A stretch of DNA of 64,000 nucleotides from an uncultured Candidatus Rokubacteria bacterium (GCA_963762145.1 CAVXJS010000019.1:160001-224000); one strand, 5' to 3'. Shown: positions 29,105 to 39,720, counted from the first letter of the stretch. Numbers and translations: made by a program. Notes: generated by a model from the sequence alone, not told the origin.

Positions 29105-30078
29105 AGCAGGCGCTCGAGGCGGAAGCGGCCGGTCCGCGCCAGCAGGGGCTTGAACAGATCGCCGTGGCGGGCGATGCGGGCGGCCATGTTGTCCATTCGG
29201 AAGTCCTCGATCCGGAAGCCGTGCTCCACCTCCCGCCACGTGACCGGCGCCGCGACGGGCGCGCGCGGCCGCGGCCGCACCGAGTAGACCGAGGCGAGGG
29301 TGCGCCCCCAGGCGTTCTGGTTGTAGTCCACCAGCACCCGGCCCACCGGCCGCTTCGCGATGCGGTACTCGGCGGTGATCAGGCCCGGACGCGCGGTGGC
29401 GAGCGCCTGGGCGAGGGCCTTGGCCACGCCCCACACCTGCTTCTGGGTCGGTCCCCGGACGATCGGCACGTAGACGTGGATCCCGCGCGAGCCGGTGGAC
29501 TTCGGGTAGCTCGGCATCTTGAGCCCGTCGAGGGCCTCCCGCAGGACCAGTGCGGTCTGCTGCACCTGCTCGAAGTCGGCGCCCTTGACCGGGTCGAGAT
29601 CGAAGTGCAGGTAGTCGGGGCGGTCGGTGTCGTCGCAGCGCGCGTACCAGGGATTCAGGTCGATGCAGCCCAGGTTCACCACCCAGAGGAGCGAGGCCAC
29701 GTCCTGGACCATCGGGAAATCGATCACGCTGCCGGAGCCGTGCTCGATGGCGCAGGTCTCGATCCAGGGAGGCCGCGGCGAGGGCGCGCGCTTCATGAAG
29801 AAGAACGGGGCGCCCGCACCGCCCGGGTATCGCTTCATCACCATCGCGCGGTCCTTCAGGTGGGGCAGCAGCGCCGGAGCCACGTCGAAGTAGTACTGGA
29901 GCAGGTCGCGCTTGACGATGCCCTCGTCCGCCCAGAAGGGCTTGCGCAGGTTGGTCAGCGTGACCGAGCGGCCGCCGATGCGCGCCTCCACCGTGTCGGT
30001 GTCGCGCGGGAGCAGCCGCACGGGAGCGCCCGCCGCCGGCCGCGTGGCGCGCCGCTTCGCCAGGGGACGCGGGCTCAT
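29101..30078 (-). CDS. Stand-alone LigD-type primase-polymerase (Prim-PolC-like)
   Basis: LTNLRK, KRYPGG, PDYLHFDLDP, KSTGSRGIHV, VDYNQN, YSVRP. Confidence 0.9.
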   Translation of the reverse strand: MSPRPLAKRRATRPAAGAPVRLLPRDTDTVEARIGGRSVTLTNLRKPFWADEGIVKRDLLQYYFDVAPALLPHLKDRAMVMKRYPGGAGAPFFFMKRAPSPRPPWIETCAIEHGSGSVIDFPMVQDVASLLWVVNLGCIDLNPWYARCDDTDRPDYLHFDLDPVKGADFEQVQQTALVLREALDGLKMPSYPKSTGSRGIHVYVPIVRGPTQKQVWGVAKALAQALATARPGLITAEYRIAKRPVGRVLVDYNQNAWGRTLASVYSVRPRPRAPVAAPVTWREVEHGFRIEDFRMDNMAARIARHGDLFKPLLARTGRFRLERLL

Positions 30079-30695
30079 CGCAGGCGCTCGAGCCGGGCCG
30101 GCCGGCTGCCGCGTCGCTCCGCCCCCGTCACCGACACGTAGGCCAGCTCTCGCCCGGCCCGCACGCAGCGCAGGAGCAGGCCGCCCCGGCTCATGTCGCC
30201 CCGGCCGACGAAGTCGGACGGGAAGCGCAGCCGGTCACCGAGAGCCTCGGTGAGCGGATCGACGTACTTGCCGGTGGCCACGCTGCCGAGCAGGACGGCC
30301 TCGGCCGAGGGCGCGAGCGCCGCGGCGAGGCGTCGGGCGTCGCGCCGCAGCGGGCGGTGGTAGCGGACGTCGTCGGCGTCGATGTCCACCTGCGCGAAGG
30401 CGCGGAGGCGTGCCAGGTCCACCGGCTCGTCGGCCCGACGGAGGCCCTCGTTCGGCGTGATCACGTACACGCCGGCCAGTCCGGCGGGCGGCCGGGCGAA
30501 CGTCTGTGCGTAGGCGAGCTTGCCGCGGAAGTAGAGGCCGCTCAGGAACGAGAAGACCTCTCCCAGCGGCACCCCGGGCGGGCGACGGACGCGACGGGCC
30601 AGATCGAAGTCCGCGCCCTCCCGGAAGAGCAGGCCGGCCCGCTCGCCGCCGCAGTGGGCCGGGGAGAGGAGGAAGACGCGCTCGGGCACACTCAT
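30075..30695 (-). CDS. Hypothetical protein in the repair operon (possible YaaA-like fold)
   Basis: 4-nt overlaps with both neighbours; FLLSPA, FLSGLYFRGK, VITPNEGL, RGDMSRGGLLLR. Fold assignment is inference. Confidence 0.7.
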   Translation of the reverse strand: MSVPERVFLLSPAHCGGERAGLLFREGADFDLARRVRRPPGVPLGEVFSFLSGLYFRGKLAYAQTFARPPAGLAGVYVITPNEGLRRADEPVDLARLRAFAQVDIDADDVRYHRPLRRDARRLAAALAPSAEAVLLGSVATGKYVDPLTEALGDRLRFPSDFVGRGDMSRGGLLLRCVRAGRELAYVSVTGAERRGSRPARLERLR

Positions 30696-32443
30696 CGGCC
30701 CGCGGCCTGGGGCCGACGGGGGCGCGTCCGCCGGGCGCCCGTCGGAGCCACCGCGCGGACGAAGGCGTCGGCGTCGAGGGTATTGAGCACCTCGCCCCGG
30801 CGGACCCAGCCGCGGCGGGCCATGGCCACGCCGTAGCGGAGGTTACGGAGCTCGCCGGTGGCGTGCGCGTCGGTGGAGATGACGAAGCGGATGCCGCGCT
30901 CCCGGGCGGCGCGGACCCACCGCGGCTCGAGATCGAGCCGGTGGGGGTCCCCGTTGATCTCGATCGCCGCGCGTGAGTCCGCGATCACGTCGAGGATCTC
31001 CTCGACGCGGGCCGGGACCGGCGGGCGCGACAGGATCAGACGGCCGAGGGCGTGCCCCCAGATCTTGAAGCACGGGTGCTTCATCGCTCGAATGATCCGC
31101 TCGGTCATGCGATCGGCATCCATGCGGTGCCGCGCGTGGATGCTCGCGATGATCACGTCGAGCCGCTCGAGGATGGCGTCGGGGTAGTCGAGCGCGCCGT
31201 CGGCCAGGATGTCGGACTCGGTGCCCCGGAGCAGACGGACCGACACCCGCTCCTGCACGCGCGCGATCTCGTCCCACTGGGTGCGGAGCCGGTCCGCGTC
31301 GAGGCCGTTGGCGTAGAACGCGGTCGGGGAGTGGTCGGTGATCGTCAAGTAGCTCATGCCGAGCCGGTCGGCGGCGCGCGCCATCTCCTCGATGGTGTGG
31401 CGGCCGTCGGAGTAGTCGGTGTGGCAGTGGACGAGGCCGTGCACGTCGTCGAGCGCGACGAGGTCCTGCGGCAGGGTGCCCGCGCGCGCGGCCTCCACCT
31501 CGCCCGCGCCCTCGCGCAGCTCCGGCGGAATGTACGGCAGGCCCAGACGTCGGTACAGCTGCGCCTCGTCCTGGCCGGCCGCGCGCTCGAGGTCCACGGC
31601 TCGCTCCCGGGCGAGGGGCTCGAGGGCGCGGAGGTGCGCGTCGGAGCCGGTGGCGGACAGGAGGGCCGCGGCCCAACGATCGGGCGTGGTCACGCGCAGC
31701 TCGATCGGGAGACCGGCCACGAGCGTGGCGCGCGCGGTCAGCCCGTCGCGCGTGCCGCGAGAGACCAGCAGTGGAGAGGAGAGCGCGCCATCGAGGGCCG
31801 CGTCGGGCTTGCGCGAGGCGAGCACGACGACGAGGCGATCCACCGTCTCCGTCCACCGGCGCAGGTCGCCGGCCACCTCCGCCGCGGTCACGCCGGGGAT
31901 CGCGCGCAGGTGGGCGAGCACCCGCTCGGCCACGTCGAGGGCGTGGGGCAGCAGCACGCGACTGGGCGCCTTCGTCTCCGTCGCGCTGGTATCGAGGGCC
32001 CGGATGCTCTCGAGGATGCGCTGCTCGGTCTTCTCGCCGAAGCCCTTCACGGTTCGCACCCGCCCCGCCTCGCAGGCGGCCCGCAGGGCCTCGACGGTCT
32101 CGACGCCCAGCGCGGCGTGGAGCGCCTGGATCTTGCGGAGCCCGAGGTTCGGGATCCGGCCGAGCTCGCGCGCTCCGGCGGGGAGCGCGCCACGGACCTT
32201 CTCGAGGGTCTCCGAACGGCCGCCGCGGGCCAGGTCGGCGATGACCGCGGCCAAACCCGTCCCGATGCCGGCCAGCGTCGTCAGCCGGTCTTCGGCCACG
32301 AGGCGCTCGAAATCCGGGTCGGTCAGGCGCTCCAGCACCCGGGCGCCGCGCTCGTACGCGCGGGCGCGGAACGGCTCGTGGGCGGTGAGGGCGAGCAGGT
32401 CGGCCGTCTCGCTGAGCGCGCGCGCGATGGCAAGGCGATTCAT
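30692..32443 (-). CDS. polX: DNA polymerase X-PHP protein with a non-canonical polymerase site
   Basis: RARAY, HhH motifs (GIGTG, GFGEKT), TGS, YIPPELRE; PHP motifs HCHTDYSDG, TDHS, ESDI, STDAH. Confidence 0.9.
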   Translation of the reverse strand: MNRLAIARALSETADLLALTAHEPFRARAYERGARVLERLTDPDFERLVAEDRLTTLAGIGTGLAAVIADLARGGRSETLEKVRGALPAGARELGRIPNLGLRKIQALHAALGVETVEALRAACEAGRVRTVKGFGEKTEQRILESIRALDTSATETKAPSRVLLPHALDVAERVLAHLRAIPGVTAAEVAGDLRRWTETVDRLVVVLASRKPDAALDGALSSPLLVSRGTRDGLTARATLVAGLPIELRVTTPDRWAAALLSATGSDAHLRALEPLARERAVDLERAAGQDEAQLYRRLGLPYIPPELREGAGEVEAARAGTLPQDLVALDDVHGLVHCHTDYSDGRHTIEEMARAADRLGMSYLTITDHSPTAFYANGLDADRLRTQWDEIARVQERVSVRLLRGTESDILADGALDYPDAILERLDVIIASIHARHRMDADRMTERIIRAMKHPCFKIWGHALGRLILSRPPVPARVEEILDVIADSRAAIEINGDPHRLDLEPRWVRAARERGIRFVISTDAHATGELRNLRYGVAMARRGWVRRGEVLNTLDADAFVRAVAPTGARRTRPRRPQAAGR

Positions 32444-32456
32444 CCAGGAACAGTTG

Positions 32457-32472
32457 AGCAAGTGACGTGCCG
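32457..32472 (-). promoter_or_regulatory. sigma54 -24/-12 promoter motif of the polX-ligC operon
   Basis: Minus strand CGGCAC-GTCAC-TTGCT, just upstream of ATG 32443. Confidence 0.7.
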
Positions 32473-32574
32473 TCGCGCAACGAGTCGTCGCGTGGCCGGT
32501 CGGGCGAGGGCCGGGCCCCCGGCCAGCCCTACGCTGCTGCGAGGTGAGGCGTTCCTACGCGGTAAGAACGGGCG

Positions 32575-34624
32575 TCACGCGCCGCCCGGATCGGCTGGGC
32601 CGAGCACCCCGGAGTGCACCGCGCGAATCTCGATCAGCTCGCCGTCGCGGGGGGACAGCATGGCGAGGGCGTTCGGGGCGATCTCGCCGCGCCGGCCGTT
32701 GCCGGGCAGGAGCGCGGTGACCCAGGCGCGCAGTGGCGCACCGCGCGGATTGACCAGCTCCACGATCGCGCCCGGGCCCACGTCGAGCGTGGCGGCGGTG
32801 TCGGTGTCCAGCCGCAGGAGGCGGCCCCGCTCGGCGTCGAGATCGCCGACCGGCGTCAGGCGCACGCGCAGCCGGGCCGCGCGCTGCGTCTCGCGCCGGG
32901 CCTGGGTCGCGCCGGTGTCCACCGCGCCGTCGCGCCAGATCACGCCGTAGACCCGCTCCGCGGCCGCCGGGGTGACGTAGCCTTCGGCGATGTCCGCGGC
33001 GACCGCCGCCGGCTCGCGGGCGAGGGGATCGCCGAAGCCGCCGCCGCCCGAGCTCTCCATCAGGAGCACGTCGTCGCGCCGGAGCGGGAAGCCGCCCACC
33101 TTGCCGGGCAGCGGGGAGGGCTGGATCGGCTGCCCACCGCGGCGCACCCAGAAGCGATTGGTCGCGCCCGAGCCGCCGCCGCAGACGCCGAAGGGCGGCA
33201 GGACCGCCTTCTCCGCGAGCACCGACAGCCGGCTCGACTCCACCAGGATGCGGACTTCCCGCGTGAGCCCGAGGCCACCGCGCCACTGTCCCGGCCCGCC
33301 CGAGTCCGTGCGCAGGGAGGTGCTCTCGATCAGCACGGGATAGAGCTGCTCCACCGCCTCGATGGGCTGGAGCGTGGTCATGTCGCTCTCGGTCCACGTG
33401 CGGACCGTGTTGCTGCCGTCGCCGCCGTGGAAGCCGCCGGTGCCGCCCGCCGGGTACTCGTAGAAGATGAACGTCTCGCCCGTGCGCGGATCGGGCCCGC
33501 CCACGTAGCAGTGATTGCCGCCGCCCTTGAGATCGCCGGCCACCCGTCCGTCCAGGGCCTGGGCCAGCGCGCCCATCACCGCGGTCTCCACGCAGTACTT
33601 GCACCTCGACCATGCCCCCGCACGGCGCCGGGGGGTTGGCGTTGACCACGGTCCCGGGCGGCGTGATGACGGTCAGCGGGCGAAACGCGCCCGAGTTCAC
33701 GTCGGTGCCGGGATCGAGGAAGGACTTGATGATGGTGAACGCGCCGGTCGGAGCCATCGCCGGGCCCACGTTGGTGGGCGCGGCGGCCTGGGGCGACGTC
33801 CCGGTGAGATCCACCGTGATCGCCTCGCCCGCGACGGTGACGCGCGCGCGGATGCTCAGCGGCTCGAGGCGCGTCCGTCCACCCTCGAGGTGCGCCTCGT
33901 AGGAGTACTGGCCGTCGGGCAAGGCGCCGATCGCGCGCCGCATGCGCAGCTCGGCGCGGTCCATCAGCTCCACCACCGCGGCCCGGACCACCGCGGCGCC
34001 GTAGCGCGCGGCGAGCGCTTCGACCCGCTCGGCCGCCTTGCGGCAGGTGCCGATCATGGCGTCGAAGTCGCCCTTGCGCTCGCGCGGCCCGCGCATGTTG
34101 TGGAAGATCAGATCGAGCGCGGCCTGGTTGGGCACGCCGCGGTCCACGATGCGGATGGGCGGGATGCGGACGCCTTCCTGGAAGATCTCGGTGGCGTCGC
34201 CGGAGAGGCTGCCCGGGCTCATCCCGCCCACGTCACCCCAGTGGGCGCGCACCACCGGGAAGACGAACAGCCGGCCGTCCGCGAAGAGCGGATAGATCAT
34301 GGCCACGTCGTTCAGGTGGGTGCCGCCGGTATAGGGGTCGTTGTGCAGGAAGATGTCGCCCGGGTGGATGTCGTCGCCGAACTTCTCCTTCACCGACTTC
34401 ATCGACCAGCTGATCGGCACGATGTGGAGCGGGTGGTCCTGGCCCTTGGACATCGCGACGAGCTGGGCGTCACCGTCCATGAGCACGCAGGAGAAGTCCT
34501 CGCCCTCGTAGAGGATCGAGGAATAGGCGGTGCGCACCAGGGTCACGCGCATCTCGCGCACGATCGAGGAGAAGGTCTCGCGCAGGACCTCCAGCGTGAT
34601 CGGGTCCACCGCGGGGGCGCTCAC
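32575..34624 (-). CDS. Hydantoinase B/5-oxoprolinase family protein (frameshift near 33600)
   Basis: DPITLEV, NDPYTGGTHLND, HWGDVGG, IFQEG, DSGGPGQWRGG, GGGGFGDP. Confidence 0.9.
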
Positions 34625-36660
34625 GCGCGGGCCTCCCGCTCGAACCGGAGATTGCCGTGGGCGTCCATCGCGCCGTGCCAGCCCGGCGGCACCACGGTGG
34701 TGGCTCCGAACTCCTCCACGATGGCGGGCCCGTGAAGCTCCGCCCCCTCGGGCAGGCGGTCGCGGTCCCACACCGGGCAGTCGTGCGCCCGGCCCTCGAA
34801 CCAGACCGGGCGACGCTCGGCCAGCGCGCTCGCCAGATCCGCGCCGGGCGCGACGTGGCGCGCCGCGGCTGGCTTGGGCACGAGGCCGTAGGCGGTCTGC
34901 CGCGCGTTCACCAGCTCGACGGCGGCCTGCGGGTTGGCGTGCCCGTAGGTGTCGCGATGCTGCCGGTGGAAGTCGGCCTCGATCCGATCTATCTGGAGGT
35001 CGGGGTCGGCGACCGGGGTGTTGAGCTCGAAGGCCTGGCCGCGGTAGCGGAGGTCCAGGGAGCGCAGGAGCTTCTGCTGGTCGGGCGCGAAGCCCTCGCG
35101 CTCGAGCTGCTGCCGCGCGACGGCCTCCATCTCCGCGAAGGCCAGGCGCAGGGCGGGGAGGCGCTCGCGGAGCGGGCCCACCCGCGTCCGGACGTCGTCG
35201 TGCTTGATGTCGGCGGCCAGCAGGCCAAGCGCCGAGAAGTTGCCCGGATGGCGGGGGACGAGAACGCGCGGGATGCCGATCTCCTCGGCCATGGCGAGGG
35301 CGTGCATCGGCCCCGCGCCCCCGAAGGCGATCAGCGTGAAGTCGCGCGGGTCGTGCCCACGCTGGATCGAGATCTCGCGGATCGCGGAGGTCATGCGCGC
35401 GACCGCGATCGTGACGACGCCCTCGGCGAGGGCCTCGACGCCGAGCGGCCGCTCCATCCGCGCCGCGAGGTCCGAGACGGCGCGGCGCGCCTGCGCCGGG
35501 TCGATCGCGATGCTGCCGCCCAGGCGGCGGCGCGTCCCGATGCGGCCGAGCACGACGTTGGCGTCGGTGACCGCGGGCTCGGTGCCGCCCTGGCCGTAGG
35601 CCGCCGGCCCCGGTGCGGCGCCCGCGCTCCGGGGGCCGACCTGGAGGCTCCCGTCCACGTCGAGCCAGGCGATGGAGCCTCCGCCGGCGCCCACCGTGTG
35701 CATGTCGATCTGAGAGACCTTGACCGGAAACGCGCCCACCATGGCGTCGGCGCTCATCAGGGGCTGGAGGTCGCGCACGAGGCACACGTCGGTCGAGGTC
35801 CCGCCCATGTCGTAGGTGATGAAGTCGCGGAGGCCCGCGGCCGCGCCCACGAAGCAGGCCTGGCTCACCCCGCCCGCCGGCCCCGAGAAGATGGTCTTGA
35901 TCGGCAGGCGGCGCGCGGTGTCGGTGGTCATCATGCCGCCGCTCGAGGCGACGGTGAGCACCCCGTAGGCGTAGCCGGTGGCGAGCAGGCGCTCCTCCAG
36001 GGAGGTGAGGTAGCCTTCCATGAGGGGCTGCAGGTACGCGTTCAGGACCGTCGTCGAGAACCGCTCGAACTCGCGGTACTCGGCCACCACGTCGGCCGAG
36101 CAGGAGACGGGCAGGCCGGGGGCGCGGCCCTTCACCGCGTCGGCCACGAGCCGCTCGTGCGCGGGATTGAGATAGGCGTGGAGCAGACAGACCGCCACCG
36201 CCTCCGCGTCGGCGGCGATGACGCCGTCGAGCGCGCGCTCGATGGAGGCCGGGTCGAGCGGGACCAGGACCGCGCCGTCGGGGCCGAGCCGCTCGGTCAC
36301 CTCGAAGCGGTGCTTGCGCTCCACCACCGGCTTCGGCCGCACGAACGTGGGGATGAACAGGGCGGGAATGTTCCGCTTGGTGCGGCCGATCTCGATCAGG
36401 TCGCGGAAGCCGCCGGTGGTCAGCAGGGCGACCCGCGCCCCGCGTCGCTCGAGCACCGCATTGGTGCCCACGGTGGTGCCGTGCACCAGGCGGCGCACGT
36501 CCGCGCTCGCGATGCCGAGGGCCGCGAGCCCGGCCAGTACCGCCTCCGCCTCGTGGCGAGGGCGCGACGGCACCTTGGTGACGACCACGCGGCCCGTCTC
36601 GGCATCCACCGCGGTGAGGTCGGTGAAGGTGCCGCCCACGTCGATGCCCACGATGTACAC
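34621..36660 (-). CDS. Hydantoinase A/5-oxoprolinase family protein
   Basis: GIDVGGTFTD, HGTTVGTNA, SGPAGG, DMGGTSTD, GAGGGSIA, FGGAG. Confidence 0.92.
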   Translation of the reverse strand: MYIVGIDVGGTFTDLTAVDAETGRVVVTKVPSRPRHEAEAVLAGLAALGIASADVRRLVHGTTVGTNAVLERRGARVALLTTGGFRDLIEIGRTKRNIPALFIPTFVRPKPVVERKHRFEVTERLGPDGAVLVPLDPASIERALDGVIAADAEAVAVCLLHAYLNPAHERLVADAVKGRAPGLPVSCSADVVAEYREFERFSTTVLNAYLQPLMEGYLTSLEERLLATGYAYGVLTVASSGGMMTTDTARRLPIKTIFSGPAGGVSQACFVGAAAGLRDFITYDMGGTSTDVCLVRDLQPLMSADAMVGAFPVKVSQIDMHTVGAGGGSIAWLDVDGSLQVGPRSAGAAPGPAAYGQGGTEPAVTDANVVLGRIGTRRRLGGSIAIDPAQARRAVSDLAARMERPLGVEALAEGVVTIAVARMTSAIREISIQRGHDPRDFTLIAFGGAGPMHALAMAEEIGIPRVLVPRHPGNFSALGLLAADIKHDDVRTRVGPLRERLPALRLAFAEMEAVARQQLEREGFAPDQQKLLRSLDLRYRGQAFELNTPVADPDLQIDRIEADFHRQHRDTYGHANPQAAVELVNARQTAYGLVPKPAAARHVAPGADLASALAERRPVWFEGRAHDCPVWDRDRLPEGAELHGPAIVEEFGATTVVPPGWHGAMDAHGNLRFEREARA

Positions 36661-36662
36661 GG

Positions 36663-37769
36663 TCAGAGCTCCGCCGCGTCGAGCACGCCCTGAGCCGCCC
36701 GCACGAGGCACGGGGCGCGGTCGGCGATGTGCGCCATGCGCGGGTCGGTGGACTCGCCGCGCACCCAGCGGCGGTGGAGCTGCACCACGACGACCACCGT
36801 CTTCCAGAGCGCGAAGGCCTCCCACCAGCTCACCGCGCCGGGATCGACGCCGGTCCGCGTGATGTAGCGGGCGGTGATCTCCGCGCGCGTTGGCAGGCCC
36901 ATGAGGGCGAGCCCCGGGCGCGTCCCGCGCTGGGTGGCCGCGGTGTCGGTGGGATCGGGCCAGTAGTTGAGCAGGGTGCCGAGGTCCACGAGCGGGTCGC
37001 CGAGGGTGGTCATGTCCCAGTCGAAGATCGAGGTCACGCGGTCGGGGTTCTCCGGGGCGAACTGGCAGTTGTCGAGCTTGAGATCGTTGTGGACGATGGA
37101 CGCCCGGCTCGGCGTCGGGCGGCGGGCGGCCAGGCGCGCGTGGATGCGCTCCATCTCGTCGGTGGCGTCGTCGGGCCGGGCGAGCGACCAGCGCTTGGCC
37201 CAGCCATCGAGCTGGCGGTCCACGAAGCCCTCGGGGCGGCCGAGCTCGCCGAGTCCGCACGCCGCGGGCGAGAGGGCGTGGAGGTCGGCCATCGCGTCGA
37301 CGAGGGCGAAGGCGAGTGCGGCGGCCGGCGTGGGGATGCGCGCCCAGGGCGGCGCGGCAGCGTGTCGCGGACGACCTCGCCGCGGCGGCGCTCCATCACG
37401 AAGAAGTCGGCGCCCAGCACCGCGGGGTCGTCGCAGAAGAGATAGCCGCGCGGGGCGCCGGTCGAAGTGCGGCCAGAGCCGCGAGAGCACCTTGTACTCG
37501 CGCTTCATGTCGTGGGCACCCGGCGCGATCTCGCCGAACGGAGGCCGGCGCAGCACCACCTCGTGAGGCGCCCAGCCGGAGCAGATACGTCAGGTTGGCC
37601 GAGCCGTTCGGGAACTGGAGCACCTCGAGAGGGCCGCGCGCGGCCGGGCAGCACCTCGGCGAGCCGCGGGGCGCAGCCACGCCTCGAGCGCGGCCCAGTC
37701 GAGCTGCTCGCCGGGGCGGACCGGCGCGACCTCGGCCGGCGCCTCGACCGCGGACGGGGGAAGGGTCAG
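36663..37769 (-). CDS. Aminoglycoside-phosphotransferase-family protein (several frameshifts)
   Basis: GSANLTY, VLRRPP, AHDMKREY, HNDLKLDN, FDWDM, GDPLVDL; start approximate. Confidence 0.82.
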
Positions 37770-38533
37770 GCGACTCCTCCGTGGATGCCGAGCACCGCGC
37801 CGGTGGTGAAGCTGGAGGCGGCTCGAGGCGAAGTAGAGCGCGGCGCCGACGACCTCCTCCGGCTCGCCCCCGCGGCCGAGCGCCATCGTCGCCCGGGCGC
37901 GCTCGCGGAACGCCTCGAGGTCCCAGGCCTTCGAGATGTCGGTGAGGAACGGGCCCGGCATGATGCAGTTCACGCGCACGGTCGGGCCCGAAGGCGCGGG
38001 CGAAGCCCACGGTCATCGCGTTGACGCGCGGCCTTGGCCGCCGCGTAGGGGATGACGTTGGCGGTGGGACGGATCGCGGACGTGCTCGAGACCATGATGA
38101 TGGACCCGCCCGCGCCGGCCGCCATGCGCGCGCCCACCATCGCGGTGAGCCGGAACGGGCCCTTCAGGTTCACGTCGAGCACCTTGTCCTAGAGATCCTC
38201 GGTCACGTTCTCGATGCGGTCGTAGAGCGGGGACATGCCCGCGTTGTTGACCAGCACGTCGACGCGGCCGAACTCCGTGTACGCGGTCTCCGCGAGCGCT
38301 TCCACCTGGCCCCAGTGGCCGACGTGGCAGGCGACCGGGAGCGCGCGCCGGCCGGTGGCCTGGCGCACCTCGGACGCGGTCGCCTCGCAGGACGCGAGCT
38401 TGCGGCTCGCGATGATCACGTCGGCGCCGGCCTGGGCGAAGGCCAGCACCATCGCCCGGCCGAGCCCGCGGCTGCCGCCGGTGACGAGCGCGACCTTGCC
38501 GCTCAGATCGAAGAGACCGGAGGAGCCGGCCAT
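37766..38533 (-). CDS. SDR oxidoreductase (in-frame TAG at 38189-38191 plus frameshifts)
   Basis: TGGSRGLG, VNNAG, YAAAK, RVNCIMPG. Confidence 0.82.
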
Positions 38534-38537
38534 GCGA

Positions 38538-39254
38538 TCAGCAGCCGAGCTTCAGGGCGAGCTCCACGAAATCGCTCGCCACCACGTCGAACGGCTGCCC
38601 GGCTCCGGCTGCGAACCGGGGCGGCCGGGCCCGAACTCGAGCGGGCGCGGCACGAAGGCGGTGCGCAGGCCGCAGCGCGCCGCCGCGGCCAGATCCGCCG
38701 GGTGGGCGGCCACCATGAGGCACTGCTCGGGGCGGAGCCCCAGGGCCTCGGCGCTGCGCAGGTAGGCCTCGGGGGTCGGCTTGTAGCGCGCGCGCGGCCT
38801 CGGCGCCGAGGATCGCGTCCCACGGCAGCCCCGCGCGCTTGGCCATGTCCACCATGAGCGCGATGTTGCCGTTCGAGAGCGTGGCCAGGGTGAAGCGCTG
38901 CTTGAGGCGGGTGAGACCGGGGACCGCGTCGGGCCACGGATCCAGCCGGTGCCAGGCATAGTTCAGGTGATCGATCTCGGCCGGGGAGACGCCGGTGATG
39001 CCGAAGTCCCCCAGCAGCCGCACGAGGCTCTCGCGGTGGAGCTCGTCGAGCTTCGCCCACGGGCGCCGCCCGCTGCGGACCTCCTCCATCGCGGGCTGGT
39101 AGAGGCCCCGCCAGGCGTCGGCGAACTTGGCCCAGTCCACCGAGAGCTTCCGGGGCTTGCCGAACGCCTCGCCCTCCCGGGTGACGCTGGTGCGCCAGTC
39201 CACGACGGTGCCGAAGACGTCGAAGGTGAGCGCGCTGATCGAGGATGGGTCCAT
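38538..39254 (-). CDS. Haloacid dehalogenase type II (compensating frameshifts near the 3' end)
   Basis: FDVFGTVVDW, LSNGN; YKP and MVAAH lie in an alternative frame. Confidence 0.85.
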   Translation of the reverse strand: MDPSSISALTFDVFGTVVDWRTSVTREGEAFGKPRKLSVDWAKFADAWRGLYQPAMEEVRSGRRPWAKLDELHRESLVRLLGDFGITGVSPAEIDHLNYAWHRLDPWPDAVPGLTRLKQRFTLATLSNGNIALMVDMAKRAGLPWDAILGAEAARALQADPRGLPAQRRGPGAPPRAVPHGGRPPGGSGRGGALRPAHRLRAAPARVRARPPRFAAGAGQPFDVVASDFVELALKLGC

Positions 39255-39383
39255 GGTGGTCTCCCGTGAGGTGGCTCTCGTCGGGGATGCTACGACGGCC
39301 GGATGGGCAAGGCAAGCCGCGGCGAGGGCCGGGGCCGTGCTAATGTCGGCGGCGATTCACCACTACGAACCGGGAGGGCGACC

Positions 39384-39701
39384 ATGCTCGCGATCTGGGT
39401 GAAGGTGAAGATCAAGGCGGCGATGCGGGACAAGTTCCTGAAGGCCATCGAGGCCGACGCGCTGGGCTCGGAGCGGGACGAGCCGGGCTGCCTGCGCTTC
39501 AACGTGCTGCAGGACGAGAAGGACGAGAACGTGTACTACTTCTACGAGGTCTACAAGGACCAGGCCGCGCTCGAGGCGCACCGCAACACGCCGCACTACG
39601 CGATCTGGCGCGGGGTGGCCGACGTGCTCGAGGGCCCGACCGAGCCCACCCGCTGCAAGCCGGTGTTCCCGGCGGCCCGCCAGTACTGGGGAAAGGTCTA
39701 A
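39384..39701 (+). CDS. ABM-domain protein (putative quinol monooxygenase/LsrG-like)
   Basis: EPGCLRFNVLQD, YEVY, AHRNTPHY; GGAGG RBS. Confidence 0.88.
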   Translation: MLAIWVKVKIKAAMRDKFLKAIEADALGSERDEPGCLRFNVLQDEKDENVYYFYEVYKDQAALEAHRNTPHYAIWRGVADVLEGPTEPTRCKPVFPAARQYWGKV

Positions 39702-39720
39702 CTTAGCGACCCTCGATCGC

